A stretch of DNA of 60,662 nucleotides, counting the filler, from Platydemus manokwari (taxonomy: Eukaryota): NCBI GenBank assembly GCA_037951405.1. It is 6 parts of 6 records of this genome, joined end to end, with 100 filler letters (N's around TTAATTAATTAA, not from the genome) between each part and the next. Parts side by side here need not be neighbours in the genome. Positions count along the whole stretch, not along the records: positions 13,512 to 23,518 come from JBBMOY011179878.1; positions 23,619 to 32,542 come from JBBMOY011328872.1; 4 more parts are not named here. One strand, given 5' to 3'. Position numbers and translations under genes: made by a program. Position 1 is the first letter of the stretch; each line of letters opens with the position of its first letter. The notes under the pieces are model-generated. The model was not told where the DNA came from and did not search any database. It worked only from the letters and a program-made list of their open reading frames with translations. Of the stretch, positions 13,512 to 26,800 are shown piece by piece.

Positions 13512-16500
13512 ATATTAATGTATACACTGATACTCCCAATCTGTCTTTCTTTCTCTCTAAAATACAGATATCAAATTTCGAATTTCTATCATTGTTTTAT
13601 TGATCAAAATAACCTCACAACTTCCGGAATCACAGGAATATTTACACAAAACTAGTCATTATAATCAGAAATGATAGCATTTCTTTTTCCATCAATAAAT
13701 AAACCGTGATTTAAAAGATACAAAAATACATCTATGATTCAATATTTTTGATAAGTTATTTTGATATTTTTGGGAGAATATTTGATATTTTGGATAATTT
13801 GATATGAAAGTAAATACCTTTCATTCTATTGCGTTGTTTTTTTTAAAAAAAATCTTTTTTAGTTTTTATTTTCTTGCAAAACAGAAAAAAACAAGAAAAA
13901 ACAGAGAAAATCAAAAATATGTGGAAAATGTTGAACATTGACAGAATAGACTATAAAAATGATTGCTGTTCTGTTCGAGGGGAAATTTAGAACTGATGAA
14001 ATATCAATAGATAATAAACAAAGTAATCTTGTAAGGAAAATAAATAAATCGTGAAAGAAATGCTATCTGATATTTAGGGAATGATATTAGAGAATAAATT
14101 CTGCTGTATTAGAATTAATAAGGTCTTATTATGATTAATTATTAAAATAAATATATTGTGAATAAATTAAAATACACTGGAATTAAATGGTAATAATTTT
14201 TCAAAATTTATTATTATAAAATCATCTCAATAAGTATCAAACATTATTATCAAATATAATAAAATATATAATGATAATAATCAGCACTGGGATGCACACT
14301 TTATTGTGATGATGATAAAAAATTAATAAGGGTTCAAGGTAGTGAATTTCAGATAATTATAATAAAACAAAATGATAAAAATTAGAACCATCACCGTCAA
14401 TAAATCGATAATCATCAGAAATACGTCTTTTTGATCCTTTAGCATGAAAACCATGACTTCGAAATTTGACAAAGCGCTTAAAGCCTTTTGACGTCTTTTC
14501 CTGAGAAATTTTGTCAACATATTCCGTTTTCGAGACGACAACTAAGGATCTAAGCGTTATTCGTTTAACTTGAGAAGAATTGTTTGTTTGAGTTAAATAT
14601 TTTTTCTTATGGTTAAAAATAAATATTTGTTTTTTATACTGATAACATAGCTCAGAACGTCAAATGACAAACGTTGTATAAAATGATGTTTACTCACAGC
14701 CATATAAATTGAGCTATTTTTTTCATAAAATACAAATTTAAGAAAGTCCAACCCACAAAGTATTTTTTCCAAAAATATTCAAACAAATTATTTAAAGGTA
14801 TCTTAATAATTTATTCTGTTTAAAATGATTAAAAATTATTTACAAAAACTTAAAGATCCTCACAACTCTATCCTAAAATCAATCGACGAATTTTATAAAT
14901 AAAACATTAAATAATACAACATTGTTATAGTAACCATTATTATAATTTAAATATTATTTTAATAATCAATATTCAAATCTTTCTATTTATACTCAAAGTC
15001 AAATAATGGTAAAAAATTTGATATTTAGTTTTTTCGTTTAAAAATTTATTATTAAATCAATATAAAGACTATGATGGCACAATGCTCTTTCCAATGATTG
15101 ACAATAATTTATTTCTTTCAAGCTTAAATTCATTGAGCTTCAAATGGTTTAGTGTGAATGGAACTTTAAACATCGAATAAAACCTACATTGTATCGGTGG
15201 TTACAAAAAAGATAAATAATTGTTTTGATCAAATGTTTTAATCCAAGATATAATAATCTTCAATTTCAAAAGTTTGAGTTTTAATAAAATCTATTATTTA
15301 AAAATATCATTTATTTTATTTAAAATCAAAATCTGAAAGCTAACAATTTCGTTAATAATTTAACAATCTTAAGTTTAATAATAAACAAAAACAATAAAAA
15401 TGATGTATTAAAACTGAAGACAATTTCATCATGATTGACGTTGGTTTTAAAAAAGTATTTTTATTCAATCAGTGAAAAAGGAAAAAAAAATTACAATTCA
15501 TACTTGCACCATAGAAAAGAAAGCCAGTTACCATCGAGTGCTTTATTAAAACAAGTAGTTCATTGAATTTAAGCTTTCCCCCAAATATTTAATGCATTCT
15601 ATTAAACCACAATATTCATTTTTTTCAGACAAAAGTTGAAAAAACTTGTCTAAGCTATAATTAAATGTTTCCGTAAAGACAAAATCTTGCTTTATAGTTG
15701 ACACGTTAATTTTGACAAAATATCCAGCTTGGATGGTTTCCGGTAAAGCAATATTGAGACGTTCCCGACAAAGTGCATGACAATGGCTTCGTCTGTTTCA
15801 TAACTAATGTTCAATAAACCAGGTGACGTTTGATAATAGTTTTGATATGAATGGCTTTTTTTATTCTTTGCTTAGAAGAAATTATCAACAAAAATTACAC
15901 CGGGGTCTTTCTTATTATCCTATCGGCTTAATATGTGAAAATTGTAAAAATCTCTGTAGTAATATAACAAGAAATTTTAAGAATTATTATTCAAAATAAT
16001 ATTTATCCATAATCAATAGTATTATAAACATGGGATATTCGAAATAAATTTAGTTTTAATCTTAAACTCTAAATATAGATAAACATGTAAAATGTATTAG
16101 CATCTACTTAAATAAATATATTTTCTAAAAATTCTTGGCCAATTACCCTCATCTCTTCAGTGAATCATAAAAAATGCTAGAAATATTTTTTTTGCACAAT
16201 ATGTGAGTGTCGTCTAGCGTTCGCACGGTTGAAAATAATGATAAAAAATTATCTGGAAATTATTTGAAATTATTTAGCAAGAAAATATTTTTTAAAATCA
16301 ACAACCAAATCGATAAAATATCATCTACGATTTTAAACAACTAAACTAATTTAATAGAAAATTAATTTATTTTTCTTTTGCCAATCTGATTCTACAATGT
16401 TTTCAATTAAAATTTTAATGAACCTTAATCAAATATTTCGTTATCTCATTTTCACTCACAATTTCGATCAATGACAGAATGCAAAACAAATTTATTTCTA

Positions 16501-16549
16501 TTTCCAATTGATTGTTTGTCATTTTCATTGAAGATTGTCGAAATAAATC

Positions 16550-16723
16550 TTATTCGTATCCATCTGTTGTGAGAAATTGTTGAAAGCAATATTCTTGCCA
16601 TATAAATTCAATTTTATCAACCCAAGTTGTGAATTCTGTATTTAGACGAAGAATGTTTTCAATATTAACATGTAAAAATAGAATTGATAAAATCTTTTGA
16701 CGAATTCTATTGTACATGTGATT
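16550..16723 (-). pseudogene. Possible isolated exon resembling a cullin N-terminal repeat
   Basis: After a ctttag acceptor it reads NHMYNRIRQKILSILFLHVNIENILRLNTEFTTWVDKIEFIWQEYCFQQ, similar by eye to the cullin LY..I...L..HV...W..YC pattern. It ends in a stop and has no supporting exons. Confidence 0.25.
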
Positions 16724-17189
16724 CTAAAGAATTAATAACTTGTATATTTTTTAAAAAAATGAAGATTCATAAAGGCCAGTTAACATAATTATATTTTTAT
16801 GGTTTTCAACAATTGTTAATTTTAAGAAAATTCTTCGTCACAAAGTTCATACTATTAGGTATTAACTAACAATGGAATCTGAAAATTATAATTTAAACTA
16901 TAAAGAATCATAGGTTCAACTCGTCAGCAGATTCAATTAAAATCATACTAAAACACAATTATAAATTATTCATCAAGACTTGATCAGCACCCGAAAGATG
17001 AATACAAAATAGAAGACAACTAAGAAGACTACCTGTCAGAAAAATCAAACTAAAGTCACACGGAAAGAAAGTTATCGACCAAAAAGACTGACAGTTGCTC
17101 GTAAAATCCAGCTCATCGTGTGTGTTCAATTGTCGTCTCAAACCATCGTTTTTCATTTGAGAGACTGGTTCACACGTTGGTCTATTAAC

Positions 17190-18190
17190 AAATTTCTCTT
17201 ATATTTCTCATACTATTGGCAAATATTAGTCTTCGTTGGTATAAGCCCGTCGATTATTGAATTCTAAATATAGATTGATATATAAAATGAATTTTATTGG
17301 TTAATGGTAGATGCATTAATAGAATCTGTGCGTATCAACTCTTTGGGGGTTATTTCCATGGTTTTCGTGATCTTTTTTGGTTGTTTTGTGATCTACCCAA
17401 TAAGGCGTTCTGGACAGAGATTAAAATTGTTTGTCCTTCTTGTTTGGAAACTATTTTTAAACATATCAGTGTCATGAATATATTAGTAATAAACTATATT
17501 ATAGTAATTACACTATATATTAGTAATAATAAATATTCAATTAGACTTTATTCACATGGGAATACTATTAAAATTCCAATATCTTTCAAGGTCTTAAAAT
17601 ATTTTTACCCGGCCTTGATTTATCTTAATTTTTGCACAAATTTAGTTACTTTGTAATCTTTGGGATATGATAATGGATATCATATATAAAAAATGAAAAT
17701 TATCTTCTGGGATTTCAGAAATATTCTTACATTCAGGTGGCACAACTCCTCATGTATGTTTTTGGGGCCATTATGATATATAATTTCTTGGTACAAAAAT
17801 TTATTTGCCATGATCTCTTTGTAGAAATAGTATTACATCTTTACTTTAAAATTTAGTCTAATTAAATCATATTTATCTTCTTCTCTTTCTGCTATTCTTC
17901 CATAATCTATAGAATAAGGTTTGGCTTCTCTTAAGTTTGTGATAATCATCTAATATGATATTTATATAATTTTGCCTTTCTCTGTGTGGCTGGGTTGGTA
18001 CAACGAAAACAAAATTTCAATAATCTGCAACAAATCGTCTATCTGCTCATTGCTTTTATATATTGTCTTTAAAAATCGTGCTCAGAGAGTTCAAAGGGGT
18101 CCATGGTCATTCAAAAAAATCAATGCCATGTAATCCACTATAGAAATGAGCTTCTTTTCATAAAATATTGTCTAAAGTGGATATCAGTAT
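17190..18190 (-). mobile_element. Decayed Ty3/Gypsy pol fragment (RNase H to integrase)
   Basis: Minus strand reads HFRQY..., VDYMALIFL and LSEHDF (RNase H), then KNIHEELCHL and ICAKIKINQGR (HHCC), then PKELIRTD (core). Many stops and frameshifts. Confidence 0.6.
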
Positions 18191-19220
18191 TCTTATTGTA
18201 GTATAAAAATCAATTGCTTATTGTATAATTTTATATTCGCGTTTTCCTACATAATAATACTGTAGTTAATAGTTGTTCATTGGTTGTTGATTGATAAATT
18301 ATACAGATTTGATAATTTGAGAAATATTGTTTAGTAAATTTGGATCATTGTTTCCAATCATACTATCTCCATATAGTATTGATTATGAGGTGAAGATAAG
18401 AAAATTAAGGTTTCATAGTTTGTACCTTGGGCTTGATTAGGACTGATAGAGACTGATCAAGACAGCTGTGATTGAGACTGATAAGGATTAAAATAAAAAC
18501 AATTACAAGCTCCAAACACAACAAAAATATTAAATTAAAATGGTAATCTCAGATAGTCATTGAATAATTCATTTCCAAAACGGTTAAAAGCCTAATTTTT
18601 TTATAGAAATACTGTAGCAAAATATATAATTTTATTATGAATTTTTCTGATTTGTTTATGTGGAAAACAAGAAATGTAAAATTATTTATTACCCATTTAA
18701 TATTCATACAATTTCATCACAAGATTTTGCTCGAAATTATTTTTAAAATTTCGTAAAATCATCTCAATGTAGATGATCGCGAATATAATATTTTTCAATT
18801 CAAACTTCTCTATTTAGATTAGATAAATCTATCATTCATAATTACTGTTAATTAATCCGACAAGATAATTCATGAAATGAAATTAATTTATGAATTTGCT
18901 CGATTGGTATTGAATGTATCATCAAATTATCATCTGATAAACGCAACATCGTTTTCTTTATATTGTTAGCTACAATTCAAATTAAATAGCAAATAAAATT
19001 AGGAGAAAAAAGATAAACTCAAATCGATAGAACATTTTCATTCGACAGGTCAAAACATTCATCAAAACAGCCAATTTTGAAACAAATCATTTACGATTAT
19101 TGTTAAAGAATATATTTGAAAAATCACAAAAAATATACAGGAGAAAATATTGGAATCTATCACCATAAAAAGAATGAGTATGATTTTCAAAGTGTTTTGT
19201 TTAAATGTATCAATATCAGT

Positions 19221-20672
19221 TCATGCTCCAAGCATTTTTTTTGCCAAATAGCCTGGAGAATTGTATATAAAAAGTATCACCAAAGCCAGCAATGCACTTA
19301 TAATCAATGCTTTGATAAGAAACCATTTGAACTTGTTACAAATCAGATACTTCAACGACTTCAATGGATTCATAAAATTGAGAAAAGNNNNNNNNNNNNN
19401 NNNNNNNNNNNNNNNNNNNNNNNNNNNNNNNNNNNNNNNNNNNNNNNNNNNNNNNNNNNNNNNNNNNNNNNNNNNNNNNNNNNNNNNNNNNNNNNNNNNN
19501 NNNNNNNNNNNNNNNNNNNNNNNNNNNNNNNNNNNAATTGTAACATTATTAAGCTATTTATCATTATCAATGTTAGGAATCCTTTAATTTTTCTTGATTA
19601 AAGGTTATTTTTATTTATTGTTAGCACACCAATGGACTTGTATTGTCGCCCTGTCAACGTGTCTGCATCGAATCGAACCTCGACTAAATAAACCGATCCA
19701 TCGCAAATTGATGGTTTCTAAATTACAGGTGTTAACTTTATAATCACTCATCACATCACCATGTGCATTTGTGTCAATGATATTTCGATGACACGTTATC
19801 TTATCCTTCAAACATTGTAATTATAATTGAATTAAATAATTAAAACGTGCAACATTAATATTTAATAAATCATTATAATAATCATTAGTTTACTTTGGAG
19901 TTGGTAATGCATTTGGTTCATTGCGCCCGAGTCCAACGGGACAAGCTTCGGCTTCGTCTTTGGAGAGCAAGTGAAATTCTGCATCGACTTTACCCTAAAA
20001 GTTCATGGAATATATTATCAATGATATTTTAAACGAAAAATGGTAGTTTATAATTGAAATTTGACTGTGAGCATTTATCTCGAATTTTAATTCTCAAAGA
20101 TCCGCGAATAAATAAGTTAAATACATCGCTATTCCCTCTTTACATGGGATCAGGTTGATTTCTTCAATAACAAACACACGTTAACAATTATTTAAATTCA
20201 TTTTCAGGATCTTCGAGAAACATAAAATAAAAATTCATAAACGTAACTGATAAAGAATCTACAAGAGAGACAATTATATCAAATAGAGACAGAATATCAA
20301 ATAAAGTGTAAAAATTTAGACAAAATATGTCTACAAGAAACAAGTCGATAGTCATTAATGTTGATGGAGTTGAAAGAATTGCTCCGAACAATTACGATAT
20401 CAAAAGAATTGATTGATTATCTGAAATTATAAAGAAACATAGCTCACGTTGACATCGAGTTCTTTTGGATTATCTTCATTTTCGCCAGTAAATGGCCACC
20501 AGCCACGGTATCGCTTGTTTTTGAAAATACTAATCGTCGATACTGAACCATCCTTATTCAACTGGTGCAGACCACAAGTCTGAGGGCTCTTTGCTCCTCT
20601 TGGAATTTTACTCAAAATCAGCTCCAAGCCACCCAGGAAATCGTCTGAAGTGACCAAATCTGCATCCCATAC
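19221..20672 (-). CDS. OTOF: Otoferlin-type ferlin, last three exons (C2F domain, Ferlin_C, tail anchor); exons 20672-20448, 19994-19894, (gap)19387-19221
   Basis: Reads [18 protein letters not shown]...[13 protein letters not shown] | [33 protein letters not shown] | ...[50 protein letters not shown], matching the otoferlin C-terminus. Boundaries are GT-AG. The last acceptor is hidden in the N gap. Confidence 0.93.
19388..19535. other. Intra-scaffold assembly gap (148 N)
   Basis: Plain N run with no linker. It covers the start of the last otoferlin exon. Confidence 0.98.
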
Positions 20673-20747
20673 CTAGTTATCCGATGATTACATTCATTGT
20701 CAATATAGGTTTATAAATAATAATAAAAATTGATAAATAATTATCGT

Positions 20748-20966
20748 ACAGTTTTTACGGTCACCAATGACAATTTTTTATTATTTACTATTAAATCCTT
20801 TCTCGAGTTTATTTCACTCAAGATCTACGAGAATTCGATGATATCAACGTCATGACGTTGATGAAAGTTTGCGTAGAGAGTCATTTTCTCGAGGACATTT
20901 GAAAAATAAAAATAGAAAGTGGAATTCTTTAGTACAAAAGTCTTAGATGGTTCGCTGTAAAACATA
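20748..20966. mobile_element. Foldback/MITE-like inverted repeat in an otoferlin intron
   Basis: A perfect 20-bp palindrome ATCAACGTCATGACGTTGAT (20843-20862) is flanked by mirrored TCTACG/CGTAGA, two CTCGAG sites (20802, 20888) and outer arms GTTTTTACGGTCACCA / TGGTTCGCTGTAAAAC. Confidence 0.6.
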
Positions 20967-21088
20967 ATGACCAAAGAATATAAACGTAAAACTCGAAAAC
21001 TTTATACGGCTGCTGTAAAATAATGTTTTTTCGTGTATTGTACTTTGGTAACCCAGATATTAATTTATCATCAAATACATGGGTATAA

Positions 21089-22290
21089 CACGTTGAGTAA
21101 CAAAAAATTTAATGGAATATGAGTCACGTGATTGTTTGTTTTAATATTCACTTTTTTACTGCTGTTTTAAACACGCGTTTACTAGGAGTATTACTGGCAA
21201 CAACGTTGTGAAAATTAATGCTAGTACCAGAAGCAAACAACGCAAAATTATATAAGAGTCCCTTCCTAGGAAAACACAAAATATATGACTTCCAAATTCC
21301 GAATGAAGCTATTCGATTATTCCCGGACAGGGAAGACTGGTTATTTATCAATAACCTTTATATCATAAGCGATTATGAGCCCATATTATCGTAGACAACT
21401 TGGATCTGATGGAAGAATTTCAAGAATGAAGCAACTAACGAAGAAAATTCAAGTGCCGCCTTAATTATTGATTTTAAATGTCGATTGGTTCGAATTTTAA
21501 ATTTCTAGATTAATTATACAGAAAATGTAGTAATCGTACATTTTTAATACTTGTATTGAAGCAAAATGTAAATCTCAAATAATAAATCCTTTCTAATTAT
21601 GAGGTGCTTAGCACCGTACAATGGAAACAAAATTGGAAATCAAGACAAACGCATGACGCCTATGTGTGTATGTTTTCGAATTCTCAGCGCATGCGTTTTA
21701 CATTTCATAAAAAGCTAAAAATCATGTACCCACCTGTTACATTTACGTGAGAAATGTTTTTGGGATAAACTCTAAATCTAAAAAGTCGGTTTGACTTATT
21801 CAAACCAACGACCATTATGGAAAACTAGAACACTCTAATGATGCTACTGGTGATACGCATCTCAATTACAAAAATATGTTGTTTACATTACGAGTGGGAC
21901 AGTAGAAACTCAGTACCTTCTAAAAGACTGATCCCAAAGAAACTCTTTTAACTCTTGGATAAAAAAACATCATTCACTTTCCTCTTGCAGATCCAGAAAA
22001 ATATATTTATTACCACTTCATATCAAGTTAAGGCTAATGAAAAACTTGGATAAAGAAATTGACAGAAACAGATCCGGCTTCCAAATGCTGGAAAAGAAAT
22101 TTCGTAAAGTTAAAGAAACAAAATCTCAATGAGGAATTTTGTTGGACTTCAAATTAGAAAATTTATTAACAACAATCTCTCTTCATTATTCCGTAACACT
22201 GATAAAACGAAATAGGAGAACTTCAAATTTGTTTGTTATATTATCTTGGGAAATAAAAAAGTGGAAAACAATGTGATACTAAACCATTTA
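21089..22290 (+). mobile_element. Chapaev3 (CMC superfamily) DNA transposon relic, internally deleted
   Basis: Degenerate motifs GNKIGNQDK...CVC, KNHVPTCY (Chapa zinc finger), EWDSR, PLADPE, LPLHIKLRLMKNLDKEIDRNRSGFQMLEKKF, VGLQIRKF and LGNKK. The candidate left end TAA|CACGTTGAGTAACAAAAAATT fits CAC termini with a TWA target. The right end was not found. Confidence 0.75.
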
Positions 22291-23518
22291 CCAACGAATG
22301 AATTGTTTCAATGTGTTCTATTTCTGATATACGAAAACCAAACAGGACTTGAGTTTTTAAAGCAAATTATTATCATTGTATTGTATTTTGTTGGATAGAA
22401 TTTTAGGAAAAATATATGTTAAAGCAACAAGTCAAAATATTATTTGGGATTTTATGGCCTTTACAATAATCCTGATTAAATAAATAGACAGAGGAATATT
22501 TATTAAAATCAACAGATATAATATTTAATTATTTATTTTCGTTATATAGACTTGTAATATTTTTTTAATCAATACTTAACAAAATAATGATAATAATAAT
22601 AATTTTTCAGCCCAAAGATAAATAAAATAAATGTAATGTACACTAAATGAGAGTAAAGAGATAAATATAATCAGATAATAAATAATAATTATAAATGAGT
22701 GAAATAAAGTTAAATTAATATTAATTAATATGTGCCATTAATTTTTAAGGTTAGAATTCATGATTTAGTACATGAATTTAAAGTTTAAAACAGAAATAAA
22801 AAAAACATAAGTAAGCTCATAATGTAATAAATTTGAGTGGCGGGTTTCACACAAAAAGAATGTACAGAGTCAGAATGAGTATATAAATATCGATTCAACT
22901 CCTTATTTTCGCTAGTTAACCAGGAGCTACTGAACAGATAATATGTTTGTTAATAAAATATTTAGACCTTCAACATGTGTAATTTAAAGGGAGTAAAGTA
23001 TTTTTGGTAACAGTAGAATAGTAGCGCGAAAATTAGTAAAATTATTGTGTTGCAGTGTAATATTAGCTAGGAGTAGATTCTGAGCTAAAGACTCCAGAAA
23101 ATTACCGGGATTTAGTCCTAGTTTTAACTTTATCGGGGCCTATGCTTTTGTAATATTTATAATTGGTGTATAGTGTAATTGAAATATATCTTAATCAGAA
23201 AGACCTATTTGTTTTTACTTAATGGATACCAGAATTTGAGTAGAAGTCAGATTAGAAGATTAGAATCTAGTCTTTAAGTTGCAGCAGTTCTAAACTTAAT
23301 AATAATAATAATGGTAATAATAATAATAATGGTAATAATAATAATAAATTTAGTCCTCAAAAATAATTAATCTCGAAATAATATGGACGTTTTTGAAAAA
23401 ATCAATAACAAATAAATAAGATAATTATAATTTTTTATTCTTATGATTATATTATTATATTTACTATGAAATCGATATTATCAAATATTTAAGAAAAATA
23501 ATTTTCTCTATAACATTC

Positions 23519-23618
23519 NNNNNNNNNNNNNNNNNNNNNNNNNNNNNNNNNNNNNNNNNNNNTTAATTAATTAANNNNNNNNNNNNNNNNNNNNNNNNNN
23601 NNNNNNNNNNNNNNNNNN
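23519..23618. other. Artificial contig-join spacer
   Basis: 44 N + TTAATTAATTAA + 44 N. Confidence 0.98.
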
Positions 23619-23817
23619 TTTAAATTCTTCCAATAAATTGCACTTTTATAATGTAATATTTATAAGAAAAAAGCCAATTTGACTGAATGTGTCATTCTAG
23701 CACCACCAGATTTTCATAAAAATTCTTTATCACTTTCTAAAAATAAAACTCAAATAAAATGAATTGAGATATATAACTTAACTTTCAGTTTTTATATGAA
23801 ATTTGTTTTTACTTTAG

Positions 23818-26800
23818 ACCGATTTCTTGATGATTTTATTGAAAGATATGACCGCTTCTTACTCTCAATTAAAAATCATTTTGATGAGCGCAACTATCGA
23901 TATCCAATTATTCAAAAATTACTTCCCAAATATTCACGTTTTAGAAATTGATGGGAGAACGTTTCCTGTCAATTGTAATTATTTTTAACGTTATCAAGCT
24001 TTTACATGCTTATTTAAGACTACTTCCTAGAAGATTGTATTGAAATACTCGATTTTCATCCTGATCCAGCTCCTAGAAAAGACAAAACTTCTGCAGATCT
24101 TTCAAACGATAATGATTCTTCACTTGGAAACAAATTTGATGACATTGATATCAATTGTAATGCAATTTGTGATGATGGCTATAAAGCTTCCACGAAATTG
24201 GCAATGAATAAAATGTCTGAAAAAGAAATTAGTTTCGAACTAATTGAAGCTCTGCTTGGGTTGGTTATTTTTGTTTCATATTATCGCTTTTACATAAGGA
24301 AGTCGATTATAAATATTAATTTTTTTTCAAAACGTTTTAAAAATTTCTCAATCATCAGCTTACATAGGAATATCTCACATTGGAGATATAATAACATTTT
24401 CGTGTGATTTGAATGAGTTAGAATATATAAAGCTGTATCCAAACTAATAACCTGCCTGTTTTTATACATTTATACCTTTTATACGTTTATAAATTGTGCC
24501 TTTCAAGAAGCTAATATTCACTGATAGAAACGTAATTATGAATAGATGCCAATTTTCTTAGTGACTGATTTGTATAGCAATAAAATTACCATAGAGTCAC
24601 ACGAATTAGATATCCATTTTTTAAATTTTTTATTTTTAATTGAGTATATATACGTCATACTATGTCGAAATCATTTAAAAAAGAAAACCCAATCTGTTTA
24701 GAGTTTTCAGATAAAGTACAACGAAGAAAGAATATCGAATTAAAAATTCCTCAAACAAAAGTGGGAATAAACGAACATTGGTCTTTAAATGAAATTGATA
24801 AATCATGACCATTGAACTCAATGTCAAAGAAGCTGTCTCATTTGCTTATGAATATTTATAATAAAATTTATTTCTTTCATGTGGATTAATTTTTTAACCG
24901 ATCCCCTAGTCTCATTTAATAATGAATAATTTTGTAATTAACATCATGTCTTACGCACCAGAAATAATTTATATTTATTATCGCTTTTTAATAACAAATG
25001 TTGGTATAATAAATTTCTATTAGATATATTGAAAATATTCACCCAGATGGAGCAGTTCTTATGTTTTTACCCGGTTGGAATATCATTCAGATGCTAATGA
25101 AGCATCTTTCAAAACACTCAATCTATGGTTCATCACGATTTCTATTGTTACCACTTCATTCTCAAATTCCCCGTATGGATCAAAAGAAAGTATTTCAGCC
25201 ATGTCGAAAAGGTGTCCGTAAAATTATTCTTGCAACTAATATTGCGGAGAGCAGTATAACAATCAATGATGTTATGTTCGTAATTGATTCATGCCGAGCA
25301 AAAATCAAGATGTTTACATCTCGTAATAATTTAACCAGTTACAATACGGTATGGGCGTCGAAAACAAATCTTGAACAACGACGAGGCCGTGCTGGTAGAG
25401 TTTGTGAAGGATACACTTTTCATCTATGTAGTAGAGCAAGATTTGATCGTTTAGAAACTCATCAGACTCCTGAAATTCTTAGAACTTCACTACATGATGT
25501 AGCTTTAATGATCAAATTATTAAAGCTAGGAAATACTAAAGAATTTCTGTCTAAGGCTATACAACAACCTCCCATAGATGCTATTATTGAAGCTGAATAT
25601 CTTCTTAAGGAAATGAAGGCCTTTGACAAAAATGATGAATTGACACCATTAGGAAAAATTCTTGCTCGTTTACCTATTGAACCTAGAATGGGAAAAATGA
25701 TTATTTTTGGCTGTTTATTTAGTGTTGGTGATGCATGTTCGATTATTGCTGCGTGTACTTCTTTGGGTGATCCTCTCGTAATTCCACCTGATCGAAAAAG
25801 GCTAAATAGATCTCAAATTGAACTTTCTGGGGAGAGATATTCTGACCATGTTGCTATTTTAAACGCCTTTCAAAAATGGAATAGCGTTCAAAAACGAGGA
25901 ATGTCTGAAGAAAGCTTTTGTGAATCAAAGGGTCTTAATTTATCTATTTTGAAAATGACCAAAGAAGCAGCCAATCAAGTATTTTTTAAAATACATCTGG
26001 ATTTTACTAAGATAATCGATTGCAGATGAAGTCGATTCTTATTAATACGGGTTTCCCGGAGGAATGTTTGGGCCAACAATATTTTGATTATAATGATTCT
26101 TGTTCAATGTTAAATAATGTTATAAATCTCCTGGTGTTGGGCTTATATCCTAATGTTTGTTATCACAAAGATAAGCGTAAAGTACTAACTACTGAAGGTA
26201 AACCAGCACTTGTTCATAAATCGTCAGTCAATTGCAGTAACTATATCAACTCCTTTCCATCGCCATTTTTTATATTCGGTGAAAAGGTATTTTATTGGTT
26301 TTATTAAGATCAAACATCAAAATATTAACTTACATAATTTTTTGAAATAATGCTCAAAGCCGCTTAATAAATAATATTAATATTTTAAATATTGAAAATA
26401 TAAATAAATATGATTTTTGGTCATAATAATAATTATTAAATTTAATTTCTTAGCAAAAATAATTTTTCCATACGAAAAATCGAATGAAGCATAATTTTAA
26501 TTTAACATTAATTATGGAATCGAGTGAAGAGTTAATTTACCGACATTATTTGAGCGTAATTGATTATTATTCTAAAATTACATTTATAGGCTACCATATT
26601 TTAGCAATAATTAAATTAGTCCCGGAATACTTAATAAACGAAGGATTAAAATCGTTATAATGTGTATCAATGATGGTTTGAGGAAAACATGTTTGCAAAT
26701 GGAGAATCATTAGAATTTTTTTGAGAATTGTTTTTCAAAAACAATCTTACTCCTCAGGCGAATTATTGATACAGTCGATCATAAAGCTCAAGAAAACGAT

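Noticed and set aside
15500-15545. Candidate first zinc-finger exon of the nuclear receptor
   Set aside because: It has no CxxC/CEGCK pattern and lies on a different contig.
19116-19601. Plus-strand ORFs of 161 and 108 aa
   Set aside because: They run through Ns and are antisense to the otoferlin last exon.
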